NCBI GenBank assembly: GCA_011109175.1
Contig: RDEW01000078.1
Location: 102,974-166,973, forward strand
Direction of reading: 5' to 3'
Length of the DNA: 64,000 bases
Source: Dicyema japonicum
Lineage: Eukaryota > Animalia > Dicyemida
Every line of letters begins with the position of its first letter. Position 1 is the first letter of the stretch. This document shows positions 14,465 through 27,744 of the stretch, piece by piece. The notes beneath the pieces were generated by a model. That model did not search any database. It worked only from the letters and a program-made list of their open reading frames with translations, and was not told the DNA's origin. A program made the position numbers and the translations under genes.

Positions 14465-16798
14465 TCAAATATAATGACGTGCAGAGTCGATTATACTCTC
14501 AGTCAAACTAATAATCTCAGAATTGGAAGTTTTTGCCATCACAAACTTAAATAAATCGTCCAATTTCTGGAAAGAAATAGCTTCTCGACATATTCTAGGA
14601 TTACCAGCCAAAATAGTCCCCAACGGACAACAGACAAGTGGTATTCTTCACATCAAAGTCAGATAGCCCAACATAATTGTGCAACAAGCCAATAGTAATG
14701 TTGAGGGCATCCTCCCCGGGTCCTTCGATAACTTCAGCACAATTATTGCAGGAAATGGCGACATTGGCCAGCAAGTTAGAAAATGGGACTAAAAATGAGT
14801 TCGAAAACTGATTATCAAAGTTTCCAGCAACAATCTCATTAAAGAGCAGTCCCAGCTTAACGAACACTTTAAGGAAGAAACAACGGGACATTTCGCAGGC
14901 CAGTCCATTAGAAATGAACTTTATAACGGGAATGCGGCATTTTATGCATTTTCTGTACCACTCCGCCAAAAAACCGGCAAAATCATCCTCACTGAAACAA
15001 AACAGGAGAGTACACGCCTCCAGGGAGTGAGTGAGAACCATAAACCTGAAAAGATCCACCACCGGGAATATCATCTCTAAGATAAGACCAGGACATCACC
15101 AGCAGGCCAATAAATCAGCTTCTTCAAAATCGGGTTCATTCCATTAGCTGATCTGTTCACGTTAAGAATGACCTCCAACTCACTCCTAGTCAGTTGTCCC
15201 TCCTCCGTTACAAACTGAGAGAACTCAGTAAGCTTATCTGCCAATAAATAACCCCAAAACTAGTCATTCCAGTCAGCTGAAGGGACGAATATGTGAAATA
15301 CGTCTTCAGTGGTACAAACCGTGGTTTTTCCTTCCCTGAAGCGTCAAATTAAAGCACAAACTTGTCTGTTTAGTATTCGTAACCAAAAAGTCAACGATTT
15401 GGTCATAATAGAAGGCGGGTAGCTCGTTGTCAAGGATAAATCTCTGAGCAGCGAATTCCACAGTCTCTGAACGATTGTATGGAAGCTTAAGGCTACTATT
15501 AGGGAGTTCTTCCAACTCAACGTCAAATACGTAGTCATAATCCTAGAAATTACAAACAATGGACCTTTCCTTTATAATTTGGACGTGTGCTGGCATCCTT
15601 TACCTTCCCAACCTTATTCCACTTAGAATCCGACCAATTGAACACAGTCACAGCCCCATCCTCAGTCCGTACCATCCTCATCTCCCCTTCATGGTCCCCT
15701 TTACTAACCATCAATCTCAACCCCTCTGTTGCAGACTCTCCAAACCATGAATGTCCTCACTATCTAGTTCTCCGACCTGCATTGGGATCGACGAGCCAGC
15801 CACTTCGGCATTAAACTCATCCTCCATGGCTTTACCCCCAAATCTGGCTTCATCCGCCGAAAAAATCCGGATTTTACCGTCTCTACCAATAAAGTCATCA
15901 AATTACGATGACCCAGTAATTATATCTCCATTTTCGGAAGAGTCGACAGTCCAAACTGACTGGGCCGGAAGGACAATCGAGCTAACACAACATCCTCCCC
16001 TCCATACTCTAAAAGTCCGGTCTTCCCCGGCAGAGACAAAGCTGTTGTACTGCACTACTCGTAATTTTACAGAATTACAGTCGTTTTTTGAGATAATTCA
16101 CGGAATATACGTAGTTGGTGTGTCCCGTGAAGGTTTCCAGGGGATCAGAGCACTCATGATGCCAGCAACGGACTGTCCCATCGTTGGAACAGCTGAGAAA
16201 GGCGTCGAAGGTATTGTCCACCGCCAATCCACGGACACAGTCGGTATGACCTAAATTTTCGAATAAGCTAACCTTCAAATGTGCGAATCTGAAGGTCATT
16301 TGCCACATTTTAAATGGTTTTGTCGGCAGATGCAGTCAGAAAGAAGGACTTGTAGATAGCCACCGCCCAGACTGCCTGTGTGTGCCCAGCAAGTGTGAAT
16401 TTCTTAGTAAAGTTCTCCCAAATTATGGCAGTAAAATCTAAGGAACCGCTTATAAGCACATCCTTATCTCCAGAAAGACAAGTAACAGCATTCACGTGAC
16501 CTTGAAGTGAGAAAATTGGCTCTTGGGAAGTCAGCTGGAAGACACGGATGTTTCCATCATAACAACCGGTATAGAAAAGTCCTGTAGGATATTCGTCAGT
16601 GGATTGAATGAAGAAGACGGCAGAGATGTATTTTGGGTGAACACAGGTGGAGTATATTTCATCGTATTTGTTGTCTTTGAAAAAATATCTTTTGGCGGTA
16701 AAGTCGCGAGAACATGATTGGAAGGAGACTGAAGAGTCTATGAAAACAGAGCGGACATCCGAGTTGTGTGATCTGATGGATTGGCTGATCTTGTACAT
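14465..16798 (-). CDS. PLAA: Phospholipase A2-activating protein / Doa1 (WD40-PFU-PUL)
   Basis: YPTGLFYTG, GHTQAVWAV, GHTDCVRGL, GHTNYVYSV, PFU KLPYN..YDQIVDFL, PUL IFPVVDLFR. Small introns and two homopolymer frameshifts near 16300. Confidence 0.95.
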
Positions 16799-16917
16799 TA
16801 CACCTCACAGGTTTTACAATTATTTATTTTAAGTATATTTGCATTCAAAATTATATTATTATTTTTATAGTCAAATGGTTGCATTTTCACGCTTAATATT
16901 TGAATATCTGCTTTGAA

Positions 16918-17251
16918 GTTACTTTCGTCTCTTGTAGGCACCCAATAGATACGTCGTATCTCTCCAGGTCGTCACAGAGAATCTTCCTCGATCAGGTCGT
17001 AGATAAGCCTCTAGCATTGAACGTAAGGACCTTTAGACGAGATGCATCCCTTTGTATCCATTGCCTTTTAGACATTTTTCTCAATTGCGATCCAATCAAA
17101 ACGAGGCACGTCACCACCTCACCAATATCAAAAAATCTAATAAATGCCGACGACCTGGACAGGGGAGCATGGAAAAGGATGACATCTAACCATGTTTCTT
17201 TTGCTGCACATGCAAATTAGTATGGCTCTCGTGAAGTGCTTAAATAAAATA
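16918..17251 (+). mobile_element. 5'-truncated RTE 3' end with target-site duplication
   Basis: 15-bp direct repeat AATATCTGCTTTGAA (16903-16917 / 17252-17266) flanks a segment ending in a TAAA-rich tail. Translation DDLDRGAWKRM resembles RTE C-termini in this window. Confidence 0.6.
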
Positions 17252-17289
17252 AATATCTGCTTTGAAAAGCATATAAAAATACGACTCAA

Positions 17290-19190
17290 AAACAAATCCC
17301 TACTCTAGATGCCCGAACATATATGGAGGAACGCTAACATCGAGTGACCATAAACTAATGGTAATCAAACTTCTAAAGAGAAGATTTTGGATTAAGAGTC
17401 AAAAACAGACACAGAGAAGTTAGATACGCAGTCGAACTCTTAAGAAACGATCCTGTCCACAGAAATAACTATTCAGCTAAAATATCACAAGCCATAGAAT
17501 CGATCAATCTCAATCTACCTGCTGGAAGTTCATGGAATAAACTCGTAAACAAAATAAAATCAGTGTCTACTCACACGATTGAGAATTTCCAAAACCTCAA
17601 AGGAATACACGACCCACATATAAATCACCTCTCCCATTTACAAAAGGATCTACGTGTCAAATGCATGAACACCCACAACAAAGTGAAAGCAACTGAGTTT
17701 AAAATCCAAAGAAACAAAATTGTGAGAAATCAAGAAAAAATGTCAGATAAACCACGAAACAGAGCTACAAAACCTACAAATAAAGTAGGAAAGTACAAAC
17801 ACGAAGCGCAAATGTATGCGTCTGTAAAGATGCTAGCGCGAAAGAAGAAATCTGAAAATCTAACAGTTCATGATGAACTCGGAAGAACCATTTACAACAA
17901 CCAGATGAGTCCCCAGAAAGTATCACCAGAAATAACTTTAACAGAAGTTAAAAAGGTTGACCAGACTAAATAGCTCAAAAGTACCAGGCCCAGATAATGT
18001 TAATGCAGAGCTCATAAAAACGCTCCTGAAGAGTTTCAAAAACTCATCACTCACATTCTGAACAAAACTTTTGAGGAACACTCCAGAATTAACATCGGAA
18101 TCGGAAAATTAATCCCCTTACATAAAATGGGAAAGGAAAAAGGAAAGCTAAACAGCTTAAGACCAATCATACTACTCTACTCACTGCGCAAAATTATATC
18201 GCTAATTGATCTGGACAGAATAAAAGTCCCACTACGTGGATTTATCGGAGCTAGCGGGTTTGTCTCTGGAAGATTAAGTGGGTTTGTCTCTGGAAGATTA
18301 ACCTCCGATACCGTTTGGAGCCACAAATGGATGTGTGCTTCATGCCGAAAATATAAAGAGGAGTACCACAAATATTAACACCACTACTCGAGGAATATTG
18401 CATCGGAATAATTCGTTATCTACTCTCCTCCACTCAACTATTTATCCAGCTCGAAATCAGAAATCCAGAGTATTTAGAACAAACAAGGGCACCCTCTTAA
18501 GGAGACGCCCTATCCCGGTCTTATTCATCGCATATCTGAGACAACCCTATGACAGATCTCACGGCAACAGACCACCAATTAGAAGGTATTATCGACAAAT
18601 TGGCCAAAATATTTGAAAAATCATTCTAAAAATTAACACAAGAAAAGAATATACTATAGAGAAATGATGCAAACAACGACATGAGGAAAAATGGAGGCAT
18701 ATGAAAAAACTTGGCACTCTTTTAGGAGATACAGAAGACATACTATGTCTGAAATGGAATGTCTGAACTCCTTTCATAGAATGCAGCTCAGACACATTCT
18801 AAGAATTTCCTGGCCGAAGCACATCTCAAACGAATGCCTCTATTCCCATTACAACATCCACCCATTGGACGGAAAAATTAGAAGTAACAGATAGGTCTTA
18901 AAAATGAACAGGAATACTTCCGCTAATCTCGTGATGGAACATCACTATGCTCCTCATCCGGGATCGACTTTCAGGGGAAGACCACGAATCACTCTACCAA
19001 TTCTTCTACATCAAGACCTAACTTCGATTGGGAAAAGGGTTGACGTCGGGAGATGATCTTGAGCACCTGAGGGACCTATCGAGGAACAGAGAAAACTGGA
19101 AGCGATTAACAAAATTAGCCTCTCCAGTCCTATGGGATATCATAGTTGTCTTCTAGATGTCGAGACAAACTAACAAAAAAATAAATTGTT
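17290..19190 (+). mobile_element. RTE-clade LINE, decayed
   Basis: GPDN, LRPIILL..LRKI, SGFVSGR..DTVWSHKW, GDALSRSY, LNSFHRMQLRHIL.ISWPKHISNECLY, FRGRPRITLP. Confidence 0.85.
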
Positions 19191-19244
19191 TGTTTTTAAA
19201 ATTAAATGTTGTTTTTAAATATTTTAAAATTAAAGTATATTTAA

Positions 19245-22200
19245 ATGTCAAAATTTGCCGTTACGGCGTGCTTAATAGACGAATCCGATATATTTGTCTG
19301 TATTTTTCATTATAATTAAAGGTGAGTGTTCGAACGTATATTGGAAGCACGATGAGTGGGTTTTAGTGGGAAAAAATATATTAAATAACAGCACAATTCA
19401 CGGAATTTGCATACAAAAAGGCACAGAAAAGGGATTAATTTTTTTTGGGTCGAATAAACTTTCCGTAACTTCCTTCAATGAGGGTTTTGGCAATTTTACT
19501 GAAAGTCTAGATTTGGTGGACAAGCTAATTGTGAAGCAAGGATTCCCTTTGAAGCTTGAGGACAGAATCCTGGATTGTGCTTTCAGTAGCTGTGAGAATT
19601 TATTGCTGTATGTTCTAATGTCTCATGGGCAAATAATTACCCTTGGTCTCCAAGATTTATCGATTATCGGAGTTTTTACCTCTGGTGAGATCCCCATACT
19701 TTATTCTGGCAAGTTTCAATAATTCTGGCTTGGCCGTTGGAGGGAGTGTTATGGGAATAATTTTCGTTCTCAACGGGACTATGCTCTCTCCAAAGTGTGC
19801 CACAAAGTCTTATTTATTCTTATTAGAAGGGACCGATTCTCCTCTATAGACTATGCTGAGCCATATCTGGCATCCGTGGCCGACGACCGTTCGATAAATC
19901 TGATGGAAATGTTCAATGGAAAAATTTACTCACGTGTTTTCTTCCTATGGTCACTTCGGCCAGAATTTGGGGATAAAAATAGTCAAAAAACATAACTACC
20001 TACTCAGTTTGGGTGATGTAGTCTCCTGGTTATAAACCTAAGGACTCACGTGTATGTGTGTGGAAATTCAGCGCATCGGGAGGAGCCCTTCTTTTCAAAA
20101 TTCGACAGCATCCACGTGTCTCCTCTCTATTCGATATCAGTTCACCCCTGAAGACCTGTTCATTACGGGAGTGCGGACTCCTCGGTACAGGAATACCGCC
20201 TCGATTCTTCCCCAGATTTACAGTACTTCGATATTCTACAGTAATACTCACATTATTTCTACTTAGAACGAAGAAGCTATGAGTTTCTACTTTATCAGCC
20301 GGGAAAGATTTATCTGCCTCATAAAGGAGAGTAAATCCTCTAACGAAGCTTTGTGGTACCTGAAATGATTATTTAAGGCACATACTGAATTTAATGTCAA
20401 ATTTGGAGGAAAAGACGGGTAATTCACACTTTCTCAAAGCGGATTCTTATTTCCGATATTTTTGACGAGGACATGGTCGCTGTTGCAGAAGAAGGGAAAC
20501 TTACACTGGAAAATAGACGATTGGCTGAATCACGTGAATGTAGGGCCACGTGTGAAGTATATCGAGTTGTTGATAAGCAATCTTCTCTCTTATTAGCCTG
20601 GATTGCCCAAAAACTGGAGAAGATACATTTTATGCTCAACTGCTACGGGAGAGGTTGTCTTTCGTTTATGCTGGCTATTTGTTTGGTTAATGAAGTGGCT
20701 ATCAGTATTACAAGACTCAATTACCGTGTCTGGTCGGTTCAGGCCCAGCTGCCTGTTTGACTCGTCTCGTAGTCGGTGATAGAAACGGATCGTCAGAATC
20801 AGAACCATTCACCAGCTTCACCCGAATTCATGAATTAACGACGTCTCTTGTGTAACTTCTGATGGGACTTCATTTTACTGCAGAAGGATGGATATGTAAA
20901 CATCTTCGTGCATAATGAATCCGTGCAGCAATACGGAGGTTTAGGTTAGTTGATTTCTTTATGTTTCAGCGATTCCGAATTCCACGTGGATTGTCTTCTT
21001 AGAGAGCTTAGAGGATCTAGTGTGTTTTTCGGATTCCAATCAGTACTCATTATCTAATTTAAGGGGGATGTAGTCGGCTGTGACTCCATGTCGAGTCGGG
21101 AATTGACTAGAATTCCATGTGGAGGCAGTAAACGGGCTTTTTCTTTGCACGTGTTCGATGGTCTGAAAGTGGAATATTTATTTGTATCTGCCCAGCCAGA
21201 CAGAATTTTAGTTCAGTGTAGTTCCCTGTATAAATGGGAGAGGACCATCAAAGTTGAGTTTTTTTGGCATTTAGGAATCTTTATTGCCGACCGAATCAAC
21301 TCATTGGTGGTTCTTAGGTCGGATTTTTCTGCTCAGAAGCACGTAGTGGCCTTTGGTGGAGAAGGAAGGTCGGTTATTCTCGTGGAATTTGGTTGCTTTG
21401 ATAATTTACTGTTTGGACAGCAGAGAATGGTAGTGAGTATCAGGAATGCAAGAAAATGAATGTATTTCCTCTGACGATTCACAACAGCAGTGTTTTCGCG
21501 CTTTCTGCTATCAATTTGACGGGTTATGGTCAGCTGTTGATTGTTTCCGGGGCACGTGGACAGATTAGTGGGTGGAGAATTGATTTGGGTGGGAACATCA
21601 CGAAATTATACGATGGATTTATTAAGGAAGGCGCCAAAAATTTGTTCGGCTTCCTTCGAAGGTCCAAAAATGGAGTAAATGACGGAGATTATAAAGTCAA
21701 CGCTGTTACTGTGCTTCAGACTGGTCCTCCCCTGATCATATTCTCTGTGCTGTTGGGTCTGACGGATCTGTCAGAGTCTTTCAATATTCTGGGTCAAACC
21801 ACAGAATATTATCCGTCAGTAAGTTTGAGGACAACAATTGTCTGCTTTCCGTGACCGCTTTATTTGTTGGTGGTTCACTTGTAGTTGTTACGGGGAATAC
21901 TAGGGGACAAGTCCAAATAAGAGTCCTCTCTGATTCTTTTGGTGAGCTTAGTCTTAGTACTCTGAATGTACTTTCAGCGGGAGTCAATGCTCTGGATGTG
22001 AAGGAAGTGGAGTCATCCACGTGGTTGATTGCAGCTGCTGGGGACTGTGGATCGGTTGTTATGCTTCGGAATACGGAAGAGTATGCGCGATTTGAACGAG
22101 CACACTATGCTGCTGTGATGGGACTTGTGTTTGCTGGGGGATGAGGTTGGTCAGTGGAGGAGCCGATCAGAGAGTGTGCTTGTGGAGTTGCAAAGACGGT

Positions 22201-22359
22201 TTGTCAATGTTGGGAGAGTGGTCAACATCTGTGGCGGATTTATCGGGAATGAGACTTTTGATGTTGTTTTTTCGCTTCAATTATAGGGATGGAAGGGAGA
22301 TTACTGTTGTGTTGGCAGGAAAGGGATTTGAAACATTAAAACTGACTTTATGTTGTTGA
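19245..22359 (+). CDS. WDR6: WD repeat protein 6 (Trm734 homolog)
   Basis: N-terminal IHGI..FGSNKL, LASVADDRSI, and C-terminal AHYAAVMGL..LVSGGADQRVCLW..SVADL..GKGFE are colinear with WDR6. Many tiny introns and some homopolymer frameshifts. Confidence 0.88.
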
Positions 22360-22579
22360 ATATAATTTTTTATATTCGTTTATTGTTATTACCAAAGTTA
22401 TTTGTTTAATTTTATTTTAAAATAATATTAATGTATTTAATAAGAAAAGTGTTTATATAAAAAGTTATAGACAATTTTTGTTTTTTAGGTCATAGCGTGT
22501 AATTTAACTCAGTAATAAAAATGACCCTTCCTTGAAAATGGCTTTTATGGAAAATAATTGGCAACAATTTTTCTCTGTG

Positions 22580-23600
22580 GAGGGTTGTGATTATTAATTC
22601 CACGTGCAGTGAGTTTACATAAATGTGTAGTAGTCGAGTGGGAAGAATGAAATCCTCTGGGAAACGGAAATTGGATGGTAAGGAGTGATTAGTTCCATGA
22701 TCTTTTAAAACACTGACAGAAGAGAAATCGGTCGTAAGGATGAAGGATCTGAATGGTCACAGTGAGTCTTCAAAATAGGGATGATAGTGGATTTTTCCAA
22801 AGCATTGGGACTCCGTGATTGACTGAGTATTCGATTAAATTAGTTAAAGGATGTAATTCTTTGACTGAGAATTTTAGATGGTGAATGACAAGACCGTTGA
22901 ACTTCTACCATTCGAGTTTAGTGAGTTAACGACAAGTAATTAAAGACTGCGAATAACGATGAACCTGTTGTATTGTGTACATGTCTTTTACAACAGATTC
23001 CTTTTTGCTTGAGAGACCAGTTGAGTAGTATTGAGGGGACATCTGTCTAGAGTGTATCTTCTTGAGGGTTCTCCAAAGACAAGGGATACAGTATTATCGT
23101 CTATAGTCATTCCAATCACTGGTCTTGTATTTGAAGATTAGGTCGTTCATTGATTTCACATATTCTTCCCTCACCTGAGTTCATCGATTCATCCTCTTGC
23201 GTTCTTCGAAATGATTGATTTTCACGATTAACGATGAAACCACGAGGAATAAATTTTTGTCGGCAGTAATTAGACAGTTTGTGAAAAACTCTACGGCAGC
23301 ATCAAAAGAGCGGAAAGAATGCAAGAAAAGTCATTGAGTACGCGTTCGGTCTAAGATCCCACTTTTCACGTTTATAGTCCTTTTCTTGTCAGCCTCCGAG
23401 TTCTGCACAGCACCAAATACACCTGACAGATCTCTGGGAACGACTGCTCTTGACTATGACGCACTAGTTAGCCACCGGTTTCCATCACTCAAAGGGACCG
23501 GGGGTGATTATTGGAACTGATAACTCAGTATGGTGACGACACGGTCATTAATCAGAACGAGGAGCGAATAGAGGAAGCGAAACAGAGCCATTCTAAGACT
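22580..23600 (-). mobile_element. APE-type LINE, decayed
   Basis: Minus strand LWKKSTIIPILK..DPSSLRPISLLSV and GF..SHSTTTHL; same family as the 50.97-53.09 kb element. Confidence 0.7.
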
Positions 23601-23729
23601 GAATATGGTTAGTCTTATTTCCAATATATTACTTAATAAAAAAACTATAATTAAAATTTATTAAAAATTATGTTAATTGAAGTTATAATTTATTCTTTGG
23701 TTCACCGAATAAAGTTTTTTAGTTAGGGT

Positions 23730-25800
23730 TTCAGTTGAATTAGGCTCTTTCTCATCCGCATTTTCTTAATTGCCTTTAATTGTGTTCTTTTGGGAATTGG
23801 GGCACTCTGAGGCTTAGATTTTTTAATACATTCCTCAACATTAATGAGAACTGTCCATCAGTCAATTGGATTATTTTATTTCCATTTAGACAATTCATTT
23901 GGATGGGGTGGTATTCGAAACTTTGATTCATCCTATGCTTCATATGTACGAAAGGTCCAATATCCAATGTTCTCTGAGTCCATCAAGATAGGGACAGGGG
24001 TTATATCTAGCTGTCGGAGATAAAGACTTTAAATGCACTATGTTAAACAATTTACCAAAAAATATAATGATTTACCCAATTTTTTTCAAATAATCGTTAG
24101 ATTTAACTTATTGGGGGTTAAATTTTAGCAATGGCAGGTTCTAAGAGTTATCTTATACAAGAAAGGTGCTCTGAAGAGCCATCCGTTGGTTCTTTTGTAG
24201 TTCCTGTTATGCGTTCAGATTTCTAATATAACCATCTCATTTTGAAAATGTAAATTCTTGACCTCCTCTAATTCTGAGACAACTCCAAACTGGATGCTGA
24301 ATTATAGGCTGATTCCCTTAGTTCTAATATCGCTGCCGTACATTCCGTCTGAAGGTTCCACATATCAACAATGCCTTGATTGACGAGTGACCCCGTCATC
24401 AGTGAAAACTTCACCGCGAACCGGATCGTCTACAAAAGGATCACACCCAACATAAAGAAAGAAGTGAAGAGCATACTTTGGGTCTCCCTCATCGATTAGT
24501 TATGATAACTGTTTTTTGCTTAAATAAAGTGCGTCTGGGAGGAGCTATAGGTGGCTCTGCATAAAGTGCGGTATTTATTTATTTTATTATACTACTCCAA
24601 GTTAAAAAGAGTTGCAGGCACACGCTAATTGACAGTTACCACTCGTGATAAGTCGAGGTTTTAGAGGGTACATCGTCATTCATGGTTCACTCAGACGTTG
24701 GCTTAGGATAATTTAGAATATTTTGATTACGTACTTCAGGGTCAAGGATATGTCGACATCGAACAGTTACTGCACATGTTTTGAGTCGTTCCTATATCTG
24801 GAAATTGGGGGATATGAAGATTCAAGTATCATCGACGATCATTTCCCTAAATCACTCATCTTAACTCCATGACCTATAAATGAATTTATTACATTAAGAA
24901 ACAATCAAACGGGGGTTATACAGTACCCGCCCTGAATGCGTGGCTATTCCCTCTCAGATGGCAAATGATCTTCGCTCAAATAACCACCAGCGCTCACGGA
25001 GATCTCTCTCCGTGGAAAAGGTCACTAAACTGTATTGGTATCGATGAATTTACTTATAATCAATAACTACAACAATTTATGCGTAAACTATGCTCTGGAG
25101 AATTACATGAAGCATCCTTGAATGCTGATCCTTTCACATACGTTGACCTCACGACCGGATTACTTGAACTGACATTATAAACTACAGCGGGATATTATAA
25201 AGACTTGAATCTGTGGATCATCGAGAAAGACTGATTCGATTGTCCTGGTCAAATTTGATGACACGTGGGATAGTCTAACATTTTATTTGCTTATTTTAGT
25301 AATTCATGACTGGTGCGGCTTCTACGATTGATTTAAAGGCCAAGTACGCGAACGCTGAATGGAAGATCTCAGTTCTGACGACTGCAAATTTTACAGATAT
25401 TTTTCATGTCCCCACTTTAACAAGTCATTACAGTCCAAAAGAGGTGTTTTCAGGCGTCCCTCTCTTGTTTCCAACTTGGCTAGAAAATTTGGAGGATCAT
25501 CTATTAATCTTTACTTCTACAACCACCAATCAGTATGTAAGGCCGCAGTATCTTGTAGTAACCTTAGCATCCTAAGTACTCCCATTGTTGGAGGTAATTG
25601 TTGGTAATATTCAGGTTCTTGTTGGGTGGCTTCCCCTAAAAAAACAGGGAGATCACCCCTTTTTGAGAAGTTCAAAGAGTCAAGTGAATGCATTAGTGGT
25701 GTTGATGTTACTGAATCCCTTGGCCATTCATCGATTTCAAACTCACGTGGTAACCAATATAACGGAAATATTGAAATGATCTCTTCGTTGAATGAGGATT
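23730..25800 (+). CDS. Highly divergent ionotropic glutamate receptor-like gene or pseudogene
   Basis: Colinear weak motifs: GLDFF..DNSFG (S1), RKVQYPMFSESIKIGQGLYLAV (cf. GluN1 [20 protein letters not shown]), AWL..GDLSP (M2), LIINNYNNL (M3-like) and an S2-like region. Needs introns or frameshifts to join, and a SINE lies inside. Confidence 0.4.
24290..24590 (+). mobile_element. tRNA-SINE family A copy
   Basis: Core TTGACGAGTGACCCCGTCATCAGTG, AAAGAAGTGAAGAGCAT, CTTAAATAAAGTG and tail TGGCTCTGCATAAAGTGC. Confidence 0.8.
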
Positions 25801-26345
25801 TGAAAGATTGCCGGCAACTACGACTTGATATTTTCATCAATTAGTTAATATATGCAGCTACCATTTAACAAAATAACCTAAAAATTAATAAATATTTCTT
25901 TCTAATGCCTCTTAAGTATCACAGGAAGTCTGCAGTTATAAGTTCCTATGCTATGGCCACGTGGGGGATAAATCTGGGTAAAACAAACTAAGACTTTTAT
26001 ACATAAAATTTCCAGCTGTGTGAGTAAAGCGACCCCTTCGAGGTCAAAGGAGGCAATCCTATGTAATCGTATATACTGTTAAAACACGTGTTGGAGTTAT
26101 AAAAATAGTAATTACCCACTTTTGTGAAATCAAAGTAAGCTGCTGCTCGGATAAGTACAATCAATGAATTTCGCTTGTAATAAAGTAACAATCAATATTT
26201 TTAATTACTTTTAATCTGCACATTGATATTATAAGTGACCCTATTATTGGAGACATTCCGTCCGCACAGGAATGATGACCAACAATCGCAAGTTATTAGA
26301 TAGATGGGAATATAATCGTATTTTTAGAATTTGATAGAAATCAAA

Positions 26346-26780
26346 TGAAACAGACCACGTGTCTCTATATAATAATTTATTTCAATTAAGGTAATCGACC
26401 GTTCATATTCCAACCACGTGCCAATCCAGCTTATGCTTTTCTTTTAGTAATCTTATACCTGAACAACTAATAATACGTGACTCCACGTGGTTACAATGAG
26501 CTCAAACAAAATATCGAAGTATTTCCATTACAGTTAGCTCAAGCACGTTATCTTAATCGATTAGTTTACTCCCAAAATAATTGCTTAGTTAATTACAGAA
26601 CTCCCACGTGACTCACAAAAAGACGAACATTATACAGGTAGCCTAAGCACGTGGTCGTTATTGAATAATTTTTGCTATAACACTCGATTTTCTAATCACA
26701 GAATTCAAGCACGTGGTCTAAAAGGAACTAAGTTAGGGAAAATATGATTGTTAATGTGATGAGCTAAAGCACATGGCATA
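26346..26780. repeat. Degenerate ~60-bp periodic array of an ACAG..AAGCACGTG motif with unrelated spacers
   Basis: CACGTG at 26356, 26415, 26484, 26605, 26648 and 26710, with variants TACGTG 26474, CACGTT 26544 and CACATG 26770. Confidence 0.7.
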
Positions 26781-26809
26781 AAATAAATAACAAAATGTAA
26801 AGAAAATAG

Positions 26810-27571
26810 TCAGTGAATTACAAGTAAATGGAGTGAGATAATCACAACTCCTCCGCAAAATACGCAAATGCAATTTTTAGAGTCTTCAATGGCCTTCCCT
26901 ATCCTCTGCACGAAAACTGTGAACAGGAAGAACGCAGAAGCACACATGTTGAAGAGAACCTCAAAGAGTCTTCCACTGCAACCGTTCTGTGTTTGTTGAT
27001 TCGCACAGTAGACTCCGACCAGGAATGAAGAGGCAAAACCCAGGGCAAGGAGGACGTGGAGTTTCCTCGGTAAGTCGACTACAGAGGCCTTTGTTCCAAT
27101 GGCCAGGGAAACAAAAATTCGGTGAAATATTAAACCGAAAAACACGGGAATCAGTTGCCGTGGACTTTTCTGGAAACCAAGTGTGATTCCGTCGAAAAAT
27201 GAATGTAAAAAAATAACAAAATATCCGACGAAAAAATCACGTTTTTTCTCACAGTCTTCCACATGCTTTGAATTTCGGGATATTCTGGCGTTGAAAATCA
27301 TCATAAGAAAAAAAATTATGGCAATCAAAACAAAGACTTCTGAATCCGAGTTTGAATTTAAGGAATAACATGCTAGAGCTTCCAAATAACAAGTGTATGC
27401 AGAGGGAATGAATACACTTAGAGTCAATGTGCTTAAAATTCCGTCGACAAAAAAAAGAAGTCTCTCAGATTTTCTTTTTGGAAGTAGACTCAGTTTGTTG
27501 CCACATATGGAGGTAAAAAAGGGGAAAAGATAAAAAATAACGATGAAATAAAAATTAGTGAAGACAAGCAC
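26810..27571 (-). CDS. ZIP (SLC39) family metal transporter, divergent, single exon
   Basis: Multiple hydrophobic helices, TM4 LHSFFDGITLG and TM5 LIFHRIFVSLAIG (ZIP signature HS..EG / HK). Confidence 0.8.
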   Translation of the reverse strand: MLVFTNFYFIVIFYLFPFFTSICGNKLSLLPKRKSERLLFFVDGILSTLTLSVFIPSAYTCYLEALACYSLNSNSDSEVFVLIAIIFFLMMIFNARISRNSKHVEDCEKKRDFFVGYFVIFLHSFFDGITLGFQKSPRQLIPVFFGLIFHRIFVSLAIGTKASVVDLPRKLHVLLALGFASSFLVGVYCANQQTQNGCSGRLFEVLFNMCASAFFLFTVFVQRIGKAIEDSKNCICVFCGGVVIISLHLLVIH

Positions 27572-27744
27572 ACCAATTCAGTCAACATTAGTATATGAGT
27601 GTTCAATTCTGAAGTAAAAATATTTATTGAATTTTTAAATTATTAATATTTATTATATATTATATTAAATTTACTTTTTTTAATATTTTTTATTAATCAA
27701 GCTATTTTTATGCGAATAAGTAAAAAATGATAAAATATTGACAA

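Noticed and set aside
18256-18301. 24-bp tandem duplication (SGFVSGRL x2)
   Set aside because: Lies in a dead RTE copy; ordinary slippage with no functional implication.
24985-25018. Degenerate K+ channel filter (TTSAHGD resembling TTVGYGD)
   Set aside because: Flanking S1-, M3- and S2-like segments fit an iGluR layout better, and no voltage-sensor helices were found. Not fully excluded.
26346-26780. CRISPR array
   Set aside because: Repeats are short and degenerate, spacing is irregular, no cas genes are present, and the context is eukaryotic.
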